DNA of 64,000 nt, taken from NCBI GenBank assembly GCA_963422735.1, contig OY730476.1, positions 1,536,001-1,600,000 on the forward strand, given 5' to 3'. This document shows, one piece after another, positions 9,477 to 19,410 of the stretch. The notes under the pieces were generated by a model, which had not been told where the DNA came from, did no database searches, and was given only the letters and a program-made list of their open reading frames with translations. The translations under genes were made by a program, and so were the position numbers. Position 1 is the first letter of the stretch, and each line of letters opens with the position of its first letter. This DNA comes from Candidatus Latescibacterota bacterium (GTDB taxonomy: Bacteria; Latescibacterota; UBA2968; UBA8231).

Positions 9477-11186
9477 TCAGATCACCTGGCCGACGCGCTT
9501 TTCGGGTGCTTTTTCCGGCTGGGGCCTGACAGGCGTCACCCTCACCACGTTCTCCGGCTCGTAGTCGAGCAGCTTGAGCCAGTCCTCGACGCTGTCCGAG
9601 GGCGGGAACACCTCGTTCTCGCGGTATTCGGCCCGCGCCGCCCGCCGCAGATCCGCGCCGCGAATCCCGCCTTCGGCGTCGCCCTCGGCAATGGCGCGCT
9701 TGATTGCCATCTCCTTGGCCCGCGATATGACCGAGGCGATGATGGCTCCGGAAATCAGGTCGCCGCGATAGAGAACTTCTTGGCGGCCGCTGCGCAGCGA
9801 CACCTCCAAGAACTGGGCCTCTTCGCTTTTGGCAAACAACTCGTCTAGGCCCTCCTGTATCAGGGCCTCGCGTGCAGCCGCTTCGCCACCGTGCTGCTCC
9901 ACCTCGGCGCGATCGAGCGGCAGCTCGGGCTTGAGATAAATCCCTAAAATGTCGCCGGCCGCCTCGTAGTTGGGGCGCGCGACCTTGATCTTGCGGTCGA
10001 TGCGGCCGGGCCGGAGCACGGCCGGGTCGATCAGATCGTGGCGGTTGGAGGCCAAAATCAGCACCACGTCGTGCAGCGACTCAATGCCGTCCATCTCGCT
10101 GCAAAACATCGGCACGACCGTGTTGGAGATGTTGTGGCTGCGCATCGAGCGCCGGGTGCCCAAGATCGACTCAGCTTCGTCGATAAAGACAAAGGGCAAA
10201 TAGCCTTCCTTGCGCTTTTGGCGCGCCTGGGCAAAGACCTCGCGTACCATGCGCTCGGTCTCGCCGAGCCACATGTTGAGAATCTCCGGCCCTTTGATGT
10301 GCATGAAATACTCTTCCAACTCCAGTCCCTCGACCTCGCGCATGTGCTGCACCAAGTTGTACGCCGTGGCCTTGCCGATGAGGGTCTTGCCGCAGCCCGG
10401 AGGACCGTAGAGCAGGAAGCCCTTGGGCGTCGAGTACTCGAAGCGCTCGAAGAGCTGAGGGTGCAACGCGGGCAATTCAATGGTGTCGCGGATGGCCTCT
10501 ATTGCTTCGGCTTGGCCGCCGATGCTCTCCCAAGGGGTCGGGGGGACGTCCTCGATGAAGTACTCCTTGCTCTCAGCGGACTGCAAAACTTCCAGCGCAA
10601 CCTTGTAGGCCGGGTCCATCCGCACCTCGTCGCCGATTTGCAAATCCTCGTCAGCCAACTCAGCGGCGCGCTCCACGACCACCTCTTGAGTGCCGTGCGC
10701 TTGGGCGATCCGCAACCGGCCCCCGCCGAGCAGGTCGCCGACCTTGGCCACCGGCCCAGAGGGGCTGTGCCCCAAGTTGCCGACGACCGCGTAGGCTTCG
10801 TTTACCAGCACCCGGCAGCCGACCTTGAGCTGGGACGCATCGACGCGCGGGTCAATGTTGGCATAGTACTCGGCACTACCGACGAAGACCGTGGCAATCC
10901 CCTCGCTCGGCATTCCGAGGAAGATGCCGACGCGGTTGGCCGGTGCTGTCACTTTCTCTAGGGCGGCTTCCATCTCCACGAGAGCCCGGCGCGCCTCCTG
11001 AAAGGAAATCTCCCGCTCCATCAGCTGGCGTCGGAGGCGGTACAGCAGGGGCCGGGCCGGGTCGCGGTCTGGAGCCAGCGCGAGCAGCTGATCGACCAAG
11101 CGCAACGGCTCGGCAGTCTGCTCCTCCGGCTCTTGGTCCTTGTCGTATTCGTGCGATTCCCTTTTCAATTTTTTCAATCTTTTCAA
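9477..11186 (-). CDS. arc: Proteasome AAA ATPase ARC/Mpa
   Basis: N-terminal coiled coil, two OB-like segments, Walker A GPPGCGKT, IKGPEILN, Walker B FIDEAE, and DPAVLRPGRIDRKI. Confidence 0.94.
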   Translation of the reverse strand: MKRLKKLKRESHEYDKDQEPEEQTAEPLRLVDQLLALAPDRDPARPLLYRLRRQLMEREISFQEARRALVEMEAALEKVTAPANRVGIFLGMPSEGIATVFVGSAEYYANIDPRVDASQLKVGCRVLVNEAYAVVGNLGHSPSGPVAKVGDLLGGGRLRIAQAHGTQEVVVERAAELADEDLQIGDEVRMDPAYKVALEVLQSAESKEYFIEDVPPTPWESIGGQAEAIEAIRDTIELPALHPQLFERFEYSTPKGFLLYGPPGCGKTLIGKATAYNLVQHMREVEGLELEEYFMHIKGPEILNMWLGETERMVREVFAQARQKRKEGYLPFVFIDEAESILGTRRSMRSHNISNTVVPMFCSEMDGIESLHDVVLILASNRHDLIDPAVLRPGRIDRKIKVARPNYEAAGDILGIYLKPELPLDRAEVEQHGGEAAAREALIQEGLDELFAKSEEAQFLEVSLRSGRQEVLYRGDLISGAIIASVISRAKEMAIKRAIAEGDAEGGIRGADLRRAARAEYRENEVFPPSDSVEDWLKLLDYEPENVVRVTPVRPQPEKAPEKRVGQVI

Positions 11187-11217
11187 TCCGCTCCCCTCTT
11201 CAAAGCACGGGAAGATA

Positions 11218-11931
11218 CTAGTAGATCACGTCGCCGAGACGCCCATAGCGCACTCGGCTGGGCAGGCGCCAGACAAAGCTGGCCACCACCGCGGGTAGCG
11301 AACTCAAGCCACTGTAGTAAGGCCCGCGGGTGTCGGGCTCCCACGACCAATAAATATTCATAGCCTTACCCTTAATCAACCGCTTGGGTACGGCGCGAAA
11401 GTAGCGGCTGTCGGCACTGTTGTCGCGGTTATCGCCCATCATAAAGAAATGCCCATCGGGCACAATATAGGGGCCGAAATTGTCGCGAGATCCGCGCGCC
11501 GCCGGGAGCACTCTGCGGTCGGCGTACTTGGCCAGCGGGGGGTCTTGCACCGGCTCATCATCGACGTAGAGCACCTTGTTGATGATATGCACGCGTTGTC
11601 CCCCAACAGCGACGCAACGCTTGATTAAATCGCGCCTCCCGTCCTGCGGGGAGCGGAAAATGACGATGTCGCCCGGCTGCGGTTCCCTGAGCCCGGGCAA
11701 GCGAAATAGGGAAACGCTCGTCAGGGGCACATCGACCGGAACGCCGTAGATAAACTTGTTGGCCAGCAGGTAATCGCCCACCAAGAGCGTATCCTCCATC
11801 GAGCTGGAAGGGATGTAAAAGGCCTGCACCACACCGGTGCGAATGACCAGAAACAAACCCACGACCGTCAGTATAGAATACAGATATTGGCCAAATTCGG
11901 ACTTTTGCTTGGCGTACTTCATCCGCAGCAT
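11218..11931 (-). CDS. lepB: Signal peptidase I
   Basis: IPSSSMEDTL (catalytic Ser), LIKR (Lys) and MMGDNRDNSADSRY. Confidence 0.95.
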   Translation of the reverse strand: MLRMKYAKQKSEFGQYLYSILTVVGLFLVIRTGVVQAFYIPSSSMEDTLLVGDYLLANKFIYGVPVDVPLTSVSLFRLPGLREPQPGDIVIFRSPQDGRRDLIKRCVAVGGQRVHIINKVLYVDDEPVQDPPLAKYADRRVLPAARGSRDNFGPYIVPDGHFFMMGDNRDNSADSRYFRAVPKRLIKGKAMNIYWSWEPDTRGPYYSGLSSLPAVVASFVWRLPSRVRYGRLGDVIY

Positions 11932-11980
11932 CTCCTCAGACCAGAGTATAATAAACTACCCCCCCAGCCGCCATTTGCGC

Positions 11981-12976
11981 TTACCGCTGCGGCACCTTCA
12001 CCACCTGACCGGTTTCCCAGCTTTCGATGAGCGCCTCAATTACGAGCTGGACCCGCAAGGCGTCCGCTCCTTTGGCATCCACCTGCGAGGGCGGGACTTG
12101 GTTTAGCAAGTCGTCGATCCAGGCGTTGATGCGAGCCGGAAAGGTATCCGCAAAGCCGCCCATGCCCCCGAGGTGATCGTAGCTTTCCACCTCGCGCGAA
12201 AAGCGCGGGTAAAACGTCAGCTTCTCGCAGGCTTCATTGATGATGACTCGTCCCTCCGAGCCGACCAGTTCCAAGGTCTCCAAGCCGTAGCTCCCCCCGG
12301 CGTCGTACGACCCGGTCAAATGCCCGATGACGCCATTCTCGTACAGCAGATTCGCCTGCACGTTGGACCAGATCTGCCGCCCTTCTCCTTTCTTGAAAAA
12401 GGCCTGTGCCCGATCCACCCCTCCAGCGAAATAGCTCATCACGTCCAGCGAGTGCGGGTGCAGGGCGCGGATGTGGAACCACGGGCTCGACTCGTTGGGG
12501 TTGTTGATCCACATCGTCATGTTAATTATCTGTAGCCCGCCGAGCCGCCCGTTGGTCAGCCATTCCTTGGCCTTGACGGCCGCCGGCGTGAAGCGGTGGT
12601 TCAGGTTGATCCCGTAGGGCAACTGCTTTTCTTCGGCCAAGGCCACCATCTCCCGCGCCTTGGAAATTTCATTGGAAATCGGCTTCTCGCCCAGCACCGG
12701 AATGCCGGCCCGCAAAAGCGCCATCGTCGGCTCGTAGTGATCGCCCCCGTTCTCCACCCCGGCCGTTGTCACCGAACAAGCGTCGAGCCGCAGGCCGCTA
12801 GCGACCATCTGTTCGACCGAGTAAAAGGCCTGTGCCCCGTAGCGCTCGGCCGCAGCATCCGCCTGTTTTTCGACCATATCGCACACGGCAACGACCTGTG
12901 CGTTCTCGTTTGCAGCGTAGCAACGGGCGTGATTGTTGCCAATTCCACCCATGCCGACAATCCCGATGTGAAGCAT
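11981..12976 (-). CDS. Gfo/Idh/MocA family oxidoreductase
   Basis: IGIVGMGGIG Rossmann motif, EKP and NHRF. ATG at 12976 with an AAGGAG SD. Confidence 0.9.
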   Translation of the reverse strand: MLHIGIVGMGGIGNNHARCYAANENAQVVAVCDMVEKQADAAAERYGAQAFYSVEQMVASGLRLDACSVTTAGVENGGDHYEPTMALLRAGIPVLGEKPISNEISKAREMVALAEEKQLPYGINLNHRFTPAAVKAKEWLTNGRLGGLQIINMTMWINNPNESSPWFHIRALHPHSLDVMSYFAGGVDRAQAFFKKGEGRQIWSNVQANLLYENGVIGHLTGSYDAGGSYGLETLELVGSEGRVIINEACEKLTFYPRFSREVESYDHLGGMGGFADTFPARINAWIDDLLNQVPPSQVDAKGADALRVQLVIEALIESWETGQVVKVPQR

Positions 12977-12996
12977 CGCAAACTCCTTTTTAGTAT

Positions 12997-14061
12997 TTAA
13001 GCGGCCACTGGCATTGGCAGTTCCACTCCCAACTCGGCCGCCAAGTCCTCTATCTCGGCCCAAGCCGTCTCATCCACGTATAGACCATCGCGCCGCCGCG
13101 CCTGCAATCGCTGGTGTGCCCGCTCTCCGGGCAGCAACACCTCGGCCACTCCGGGAGCTGGCGGACACGACTTGACCCACTCGACAAAGCCCGCAACCTC
13201 GGCGTAAAACTCGTCCAATGGCAGGAAGGCCGCGACATTGAGCACGGCGATGAATAGCGCGTTGCCCGCGCGCTCGGGCGCTTCTTGCGTCATCCCGGCC
13301 CCGGAAAGCGACCCAGCCAAGATATCGACTAGCACGGAAAGCCCGTAGCCCTTGTGTCCGCTCTGTGGGAAACCGAGCGGCAAGATGGCACCAGCCGGCG
13401 GGCCATAGTACGCGTCCACACTCGTCGTCGGGCGGCCCTCTGCGTCGATCAGCATCCCGGGCGGGGCATCCTCGCCTCTGTTGCGCAAAAGCCGCATATC
13501 GCCGCCAGAAATCATGCTCGTCGTCATGTCTAGGATCACCGGCCACGCGCCGCTGGTGGGAATGCCGCAGCAGATTGGATTCGTTGGCAGGCGACGGCTG
13601 CGGCCGCCAAAGGGTGCCACCGACCAATCGCCGCCATGGCCATTGGCCGCAATGAGGCCGATGCAGTCGGCGCAGGTAGCCATCTCAGCGAAACGACCCA
13701 GCCGCGCCACGTGGTTGCAGTCGCGCACCCCAGCGACTGCAACCGCGCCATCGCCGACCTTGTCCAGTACCCAGCGCACAGCCTCGGTTGCCGTCACCGG
13801 ACCGTAGTTCCACTGGCCGCTCAGCCGCCCCCCGCACTCGCTTTCGTCCAACACCACCAACTCGGCCCCAGGCTCAACCTGGCCATCGCGCACCATGTTC
13901 ACGTATTGGGGTAGCCGCAACACGCTGTGGGTATCGTGCCCCATCAGTCCAGCTTCGACCAAGTGCTCGGCCACCAACGCGGCATCGGCCACGGGAACGC
14001 CGACCTGTCGCAAGCAAGCCCGCGCCAGCGCATCGAGGTCTTCGGCTCGCAAAGTGGGCAC
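12997..14061 (-). CDS. Ldh_2 (malate/L-lactate/ureidoglycolate dehydrogenase-like) oxidoreductase
   Basis: GHDTHSV.RL, HVARLG, APFGG..TNP, LDMTTS, HKGYGL, LLPGE. Likely GTG start overlapping the upstream TAG. Confidence 0.9.
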   Translation of the reverse strand: MPTLRAEDLDALARACLRQVGVPVADAALVAEHLVEAGLMGHDTHSVLRLPQYVNMVRDGQVEPGAELVVLDESECGGRLSGQWNYGPVTATEAVRWVLDKVGDGAVAVAGVRDCNHVARLGRFAEMATCADCIGLIAANGHGGDWSVAPFGGRSRRLPTNPICCGIPTSGAWPVILDMTTSMISGGDMRLLRNRGEDAPPGMLIDAEGRPTTSVDAYYGPPAGAILPLGFPQSGHKGYGLSVLVDILAGSLSGAGMTQEAPERAGNALFIAVLNVAAFLPLDEFYAEVAGFVEWVKSCPPAPGVAEVLLPGERAHQRLQARRRDGLYVDETAWAEIEDLAAELGVELPMPVAA

Positions 14062-15227
14062 TAGGGCCGCTCCTCGTCCCAAGCGTCCGCCACGACCAAC
14101 AGGGCGTTAGCTACCGGCCTTTCGCCCGTGGGATCGGAGGGCCTGTTGACCACCTGCTCACCTATGACCATCGTCGTCGAACCGCCGCCATCGAGGTTTA
14201 GCCCCTGATAGGCATTCGCCTTGGCGCGGGAAAAATCGGCCAAGCGCGTACGCATAAATTCGGCCAACTCCTGCAAGCTCATGCCAACGCTGTACCCTGG
14301 TTGTCGCCCATCGACCACAAGCAGAAAGAGCACCTGCTCATCTTGGGAATATCCAATGGCCGTGCGCGGATGCCGCTTGTCGGCGAAGCTGCGGCTGAGC
14401 TGCTCCTTTTCCACTTCAATCGATACTTCGCCGTCGCGTAGGATGCGCGGCCCCCCGCTGATGGCCTCCATCAACTTGGCGCGGGCCGGCAACAGCCGGC
14501 AATACAGTTGCACCGTGTCGCCCAAGGCGATCTGCTCTGTTGCATCGTATTCGGCACCAGCGGCCAACAGCCACTGGTCGCGCTGGAGGGAGAGCGGCCA
14601 AGCCTGCCGCCGGACTTGTTGGACCCAAACAGAGATCGTGTCGTTGGCAATGGAGGTGTTGCCCAACCCCTGCAACAGGAAGCCTATGGCCGCCTGTAGC
14701 GAATCCCCCTGCACCTGTGCGTGCTCGTTGAACACGGACAGCTCCCCCAGCGCTGGCTCGCGGTTAAAGCCCGCGACGCGCAGGTGGTCGCCCCCAGCCG
14801 CCAACAGACCCAATTCCATCTTGTACACTGCGATCAAGGGCTGGCCCGCCTCGGTAATAGCAAAGGCCGAGCGCCGCTGTGGGATGCGGATGAGGTCGCC
14901 GGACTGGATGTACAATCCGGCCGGCCGACCGGACTCGCTGGGAAACAAAAAGTCCCCGTTTACGGCCGCTAAGGCACCGGCGGCCAAGCTACTGGTCTTT
15001 TGCGCCTCCTCCTGCTTGGCCGTGCGCACGCGGATGCCCGCCGCCCAAGCACTCGGCAGATATACCTCCACTAGGTGTATCCGCCACGGTCCTTCGGGCA
15101 AATGGATCTCGTGGTACACTACCCCGGGCGCTAGCTCCTCGGTGTTTTCCCGGGCGCAGCTCCAGATCAAGCACCACGCGAAAATCGAGAGGATAAAGCG
15201 CGTGGACGCGCTGTGCGAAATAGGCAA
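14061..15227 (-). CDS. Phosphodiester glycosidase (NAGPA-like) family protein, probably exported
   Basis: AAVNGDF, GGPRIL, HPRTAIG, VVDGRQ..SVGM, NLDGGGSTTM and RPVANAL. Confidence 0.88.
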   Translation of the reverse strand: MPISHSASTRFILSIFAWCLIWSCARENTEELAPGVVYHEIHLPEGPWRIHLVEVYLPSAWAAGIRVRTAKQEEAQKTSSLAAGALAAVNGDFLFPSESGRPAGLYIQSGDLIRIPQRRSAFAITEAGQPLIAVYKMELGLLAAGGDHLRVAGFNREPALGELSVFNEHAQVQGDSLQAAIGFLLQGLGNTSIANDTISVWVQQVRRQAWPLSLQRDQWLLAAGAEYDATEQIALGDTVQLYCRLLPARAKLMEAISGGPRILRDGEVSIEVEKEQLSRSFADKRHPRTAIGYSQDEQVLFLLVVDGRQPGYSVGMSLQELAEFMRTRLADFSRAKANAYQGLNLDGGGSTTMVIGEQVVNRPSDPTGERPVANALLVVADAWDEERP

Positions 15228-15396
15228 AAGAGGCGTTCCTCAGCGGCAAGGGGACGAGTGGCATACGATGGTACCTCCTGTTAAAATCGCCCAAAGGTAG
15301 CCCTGCGCTACAACCGTGTCAATTTTTTCAGCGACTGGCCCAGCCGCAGGCCAAGCCCTTTATTTTATTTATTAAAAATTCAGAGAAAGGACGCCA

Positions 15397-16410
15397 ATGA
15401 AAGCCATACTCGTAGGGTTGGGCGGTAGGGGCCGCTATTGGCTCGACCAATGCCGGAAGCAGCGAGGCGTTGATGTGGTTGCCTGCGTCGAGCCGAGCGC
15501 ACAAAATCGCGAGCACGCGGTCGCACAATGCGCACTCGCCGAGGATTCCATCTACCGAGACCTCGGCGAGGCCCTTGCGGCCGTGCAAGCCGACTTCGTT
15601 CTCGACGTGACGCCGCCAGCCATCCACGAAGAAATCGCCATGCAGACTTTTGCTGCGGGCCTACACCTGCTTGGAGAAAAGCCCATCAGCGACCAGTACG
15701 AGGCCGCCCGGCGCGTGGTAGAGGCCGGCACCCAAGCCGGCGTCGCGCACATGATCACCCAGAACTACCGATTCAACGGCCTGCCGCGCACGACCCGCCG
15801 CCTGCTTACCGAGGGCCTCATCGGCCCGGTCGGCCAGCTCGATGTCTCGCTCTACGTCAATTGGGCCGACTCGCCCGGCTCACATTACGTCACCGAGCCG
15901 TATATGTTCCTCACCGACATGGGCATCCACCACTTCGACATGATGCGCTACGCCCTCGGCCAAGACCCGGTGAGCGCGCACGCCCTCACTTGGAATCTCC
16001 CCTGGGGCTGGCACCAAGGCGACGCGGCCCAGATGATCCTCTTCCGCTTTGCCAACGGCACAGTCGCCACGCACCGCGGCATCGGCTGCACGGTCGGCTA
16101 TGTCCCAGCCGGGCATAACGGCGAGTGGCGCTACGAGGGGCCGCGCGGCACCCTGACGTGGGAGGGCTTCGACCTGTACCACACCCACTCGCACCGCGCC
16201 GACCCCCAAATTCGGCGGCAGATTCCCCTCGACGACGATGGCGGCCAAGGCCAGAACTTGGTGCTGCGGGAATTCGTCGCCGCCATAGAGGAAGGCCGTG
16301 CGCCCGAGTGCAATGCGGCCGACAACCTCAAGTCCATGGCCATGGTTTTTGCCGCAGTCAAAAGCGCGGTGGAGGGCCGGCCCGTGTCGCTTGCCGAACT
16401 CGACGCCTGA
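15397..16410 (+). CDS. Gfo/Idh/MocA family oxidoreductase
   Basis: LVGLGGRG, EKP, QNYRF and DMGIHHFD. Confidence 0.9.
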   Translation: MKAILVGLGGRGRYWLDQCRKQRGVDVVACVEPSAQNREHAVAQCALAEDSIYRDLGEALAAVQADFVLDVTPPAIHEEIAMQTFAAGLHLLGEKPISDQYEAARRVVEAGTQAGVAHMITQNYRFNGLPRTTRRLLTEGLIGPVGQLDVSLYVNWADSPGSHYVTEPYMFLTDMGIHHFDMMRYALGQDPVSAHALTWNLPWGWHQGDAAQMILFRFANGTVATHRGIGCTVGYVPAGHNGEWRYEGPRGTLTWEGFDLYHTHSHRADPQIRRQIPLDDDGGQGQNLVLREFVAAIEEGRAPECNAADNLKSMAMVFAAVKSAVEGRPVSLAELDA

Positions 16411-16452
16411 GTGCCTTGCGCTCAACCACCCATTGCCGCAGCTTTTTTCGCT

Positions 16453-17835
16453 ATGACTCTTCGCCTTTTCGACACCTATGCCCGCCAAGAGCGCCCCTTC
16501 ACACCACTCGCACCTCCCCAAGTCCGCCTGTACGCCTGCGGCCCGACCGTGTACAACTACCAGCACATCGGCAACTTGCGCACCTATATCTTCGAGGACA
16601 TCCTGCGGCGCACCCTCGAATACAGTGGCTATGCGGTCCACCACGTCGTCAACATCACCGACGTGGGGCACCTAACCTCCGACGCGGACACTGGCGAGGA
16701 CAAGATGGAGGCCGGCGCACGGCGCACCGGCCTGACGGCTTGGGAAATCGCCGAGCGCTACACCGCGGATTTCCAAGAGAAGCTCGAGTGGCTCAACGTG
16801 CGCACACCCCATGTCTGGTGCCGGGCCACCGACCACATCCGCGAGCAGATTGCAGCCATCGCCGCCATCGAAGAAAAAGGCTATGCGTACCGCACGGACG
16901 ACGGTCTGTACTTCGACACCTCGCGCCTGAGCGACTACGGCCACCTCGCCCGCCTCGATATTGAGGGCCTGCAAGGCGGCCAGCGCGTCGGTCTCGGACA
17001 AAAGCGCGGCGTCACGGACTTCGCGCTGTGGAAGCTCAGCCCGGCACAGACGCAGCGGCAGATGGAATGGGACAGCCCGTGGGGGCGCGGCTTTCCGGGC
17101 TGGCACATCGAATGCACCGCCATGGCAGCCAAGTACTTGGGGCCGTACTTCGACATCCACTGCGGCGGTGAGGATCACATCCCGGTCCACCACACCAACG
17201 AAATTGCCCAAGCCCAAGCCTGCTACGACACGCGGCTGGCCGAATTCTGGCTCCACGGCGCGTTTTTGCAACTCGACGGGGAGAAGATGTCCAAGTCGAG
17301 CGGCGACTTCCTTCGCCTTGAATCCCTCATCGAAAAGGGATACGACCCCCTCGCCTACCGCTTTTTCTGCCTCGGGGCGCGCTACCGGGCCAAGCTCTCC
17401 TTCACCTACGAGAGCCTCGCCGGAGCGGCCACAGCCCTCGATCGGCTGCGCGCAGCCGCCCACACTTGGGGTGCGCCATCTGAACCCGACGACCGCTACG
17501 TGGCCGCGTTCAAAGAGCGCGTCGAGAACGATCTCAACATGCCGCGAGTCCTCGCCTTGTGCTGGGAGCTTGTAGCTGACGATCTCCCCGACGCCGCCAA
17601 GAAGGCCACGCTCCTGCACTTCGACCAAGTCATGGGGCTGGGGTTGGCCACGTGGACGCCGCAAGAGGCGGACATACCCGACGCGATTCACGCGCTCGCC
17701 GCCCAGCGGCAACAGGCCCGCTCCGCCAAGGACTGGGCTACGGCCGACGCCCTGCGCGACGAAATCGCCGCAACTGGCTACGAAATCGAAGACACCCCCC
17801 AAGGCCCTCACATCCGCCCGCGCTCCAAAACCTAA
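16453..17835 (+). CDS. cysS: Cysteine--tRNA ligase
   Basis: YACGPTVY, HIGN, NITDV, DFALWK, PWGRGFPGWHIEC and KMSKS. Confidence 0.97.
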   Translation: MTLRLFDTYARQERPFTPLAPPQVRLYACGPTVYNYQHIGNLRTYIFEDILRRTLEYSGYAVHHVVNITDVGHLTSDADTGEDKMEAGARRTGLTAWEIAERYTADFQEKLEWLNVRTPHVWCRATDHIREQIAAIAAIEEKGYAYRTDDGLYFDTSRLSDYGHLARLDIEGLQGGQRVGLGQKRGVTDFALWKLSPAQTQRQMEWDSPWGRGFPGWHIECTAMAAKYLGPYFDIHCGGEDHIPVHHTNEIAQAQACYDTRLAEFWLHGAFLQLDGEKMSKSSGDFLRLESLIEKGYDPLAYRFFCLGARYRAKLSFTYESLAGAATALDRLRAAAHTWGAPSEPDDRYVAAFKERVENDLNMPRVLALCWELVADDLPDAAKKATLLHFDQVMGLGLATWTPQEADIPDAIHALAAQRQQARSAKDWATADALRDEIAATGYEIEDTPQGPHIRPRSKT

Positions 17836-17919
17836 TTCTGCCTATTTATTGCCGAGACCCACACCTCAGACAACGGCCCCCACATTCGCCCGCTCAAAAT
17901 CTAAACCGAACGGACGCCC

Positions 17920-19407
17920 ATGTCCCGCATTCTCGTCGCCGAGTGCAAGCAAGAAATCTCCTCCTTCAACCCGGTCATCGGCACGTACGACAACTTCTCC
18001 GTCCGCCGCGGCTCCGAACTGCTCACCTATCACCAAGGCCGCGAAACCGAGCTGTGCGGTGCCTTGCAGGTCTTCGCCGACAGCCACATCGAGGTCATCC
18101 CCACGTACGGAGCCTGCGCCCCGTCGGCCGGGCCTTTAGACCAACAGGACTTTGAGCGCCTTGCCGCCGAGTTGCTCGCCGAGGTTACACCGCATCTAGC
18201 TGAGGTCGACGGCATGTACTTCTGTCTGCACGGCGCCATGGGCTGCACCCAAGAGTTGGATCCAGAGGGCTACTTGCTGCAACAGATCCGCCAAAGTGCG
18301 GGCCCCGACTTCCCCATCGTGATCTCGCAAGACCTCCACGGCATTCTCACCCATCGCATGCTGGAGCACTCGAACGGCCTCGCCATTTATCACACCTATC
18401 CGCACGTCGATCTTGCCGACACCGGCCGCCGCGCCGCGTACTTGCTCCTCCAAGTCCTCGCCGGCGCTCAGCCGGTAGTGGCCCGCGTGCGGGTGCCCAC
18501 GCTCGTGCGCGGCAACGAGCTAATCACCGCCTCGGGAGTGTACGGAGAGTCCATCCGCTATTGCCAAGCTCTAGAAGAGCAGCCCGACATCCTCGCCGCC
18601 GGCATGATGATCGGCAACCCATTCACCGATGTGCCCGAGCTGTGCTCCCAAGCCATCGTCGTAGCCGATGCCGACCCCGACCTCGCCCGCAGCGAGGCCC
18701 TACATCTCGCCGAAGACTTTTGGGAACGCCGCGCACTCATGCAGCCCGACCTCGTGTCGGTCGAAGACGCCGTCGCCCAAGCCCCCCAATATAGCGGTCC
18801 GGTGCTCTTTACCGACGCAGCCGATGCCCCCTCTTCGGGCGCGACCGGCGACAGCAATGTCCTCGTCCAAGCCCTGTGCGCCAACGGGTACTGCGGCCAA
18901 GTGCTCGCGCCGCTGGTGGATGCGCCCGCCGCGTACATGGCCCACGACGCCGGGCTAGGCGCACGCATCCACGTGGTCTTGGGCGGCTCGCTCGACTCGC
19001 GCTTCGCCCCGCTCGATTTAGAGGTCGAAGTCACCCAGCTCGGCGACGGCGAATATCCCTGCGAATCTTGGAACACTCCCCAGCACGCCGGGCCTACGGC
19101 CGTGCTGCAAAGCGACGAGCTCACCATCGTCTGTGTCAGCCGCTCGGTGCCCTTTATCGATCGCTCGGTCTTTATCGCCCACGACATCAACCCCAAGGAC
19201 TACGACCTCATCGTCATCAAGTCGCCGCACTGCCAGTGGCACTTTTTCGACGAATGGGCCGAGAAAAACTTCAACATCGATGCCCTTGGATCGACCAGCG
19301 CGAACTTGCCCACCCTCGGGCACCGCGTCTGCCAACGGCCCATGTATCCGCTTGAACCCGATGCCCCTTTTACCCCGGTCGCCGAGATGTTCGGCACAGG
19401 AGCGTAG
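17920..19407 (+). CDS. M81 metallopeptidase (MlrC-like)
   Basis: QE.SSFNP, LHGAM, DPEG, DLHG, TYPHVD and the C-terminal VIKS motif. Confidence 0.88.
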   Translation: MSRILVAECKQEISSFNPVIGTYDNFSVRRGSELLTYHQGRETELCGALQVFADSHIEVIPTYGACAPSAGPLDQQDFERLAAELLAEVTPHLAEVDGMYFCLHGAMGCTQELDPEGYLLQQIRQSAGPDFPIVISQDLHGILTHRMLEHSNGLAIYHTYPHVDLADTGRRAAYLLLQVLAGAQPVVARVRVPTLVRGNELITASGVYGESIRYCQALEEQPDILAAGMMIGNPFTDVPELCSQAIVVADADPDLARSEALHLAEDFWERRALMQPDLVSVEDAVAQAPQYSGPVLFTDAADAPSSGATGDSNVLVQALCANGYCGQVLAPLVDAPAAYMAHDAGLGARIHVVLGGSLDSRFAPLDLEVEVTQLGDGEYPCESWNTPQHAGPTAVLQSDELTIVCVSRSVPFIDRSVFIAHDINPKDYDLIVIKSPHCQWHFFDEWAEKNFNIDALGSTSANLPTLGHRVCQRPMYPLEPDAPFTPVAEMFGTGA

Positions 19408-19410
19408 TTT

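Noticed and set aside
10038-10961. Long antisense or alternate-frame ORFs here and elsewhere (e.g. 14221-15300, 16672-17811, 39342-40241)
   Set aside because: Shadow ORFs of well-supported genes in GC-rich DNA, with no recognisable motifs.
17920-19407. Microcystin degradation (mlr) cluster
   Set aside because: Only an MlrC-family peptidase is present. No mlrA, mlrB or mlrD, and the family is widespread.
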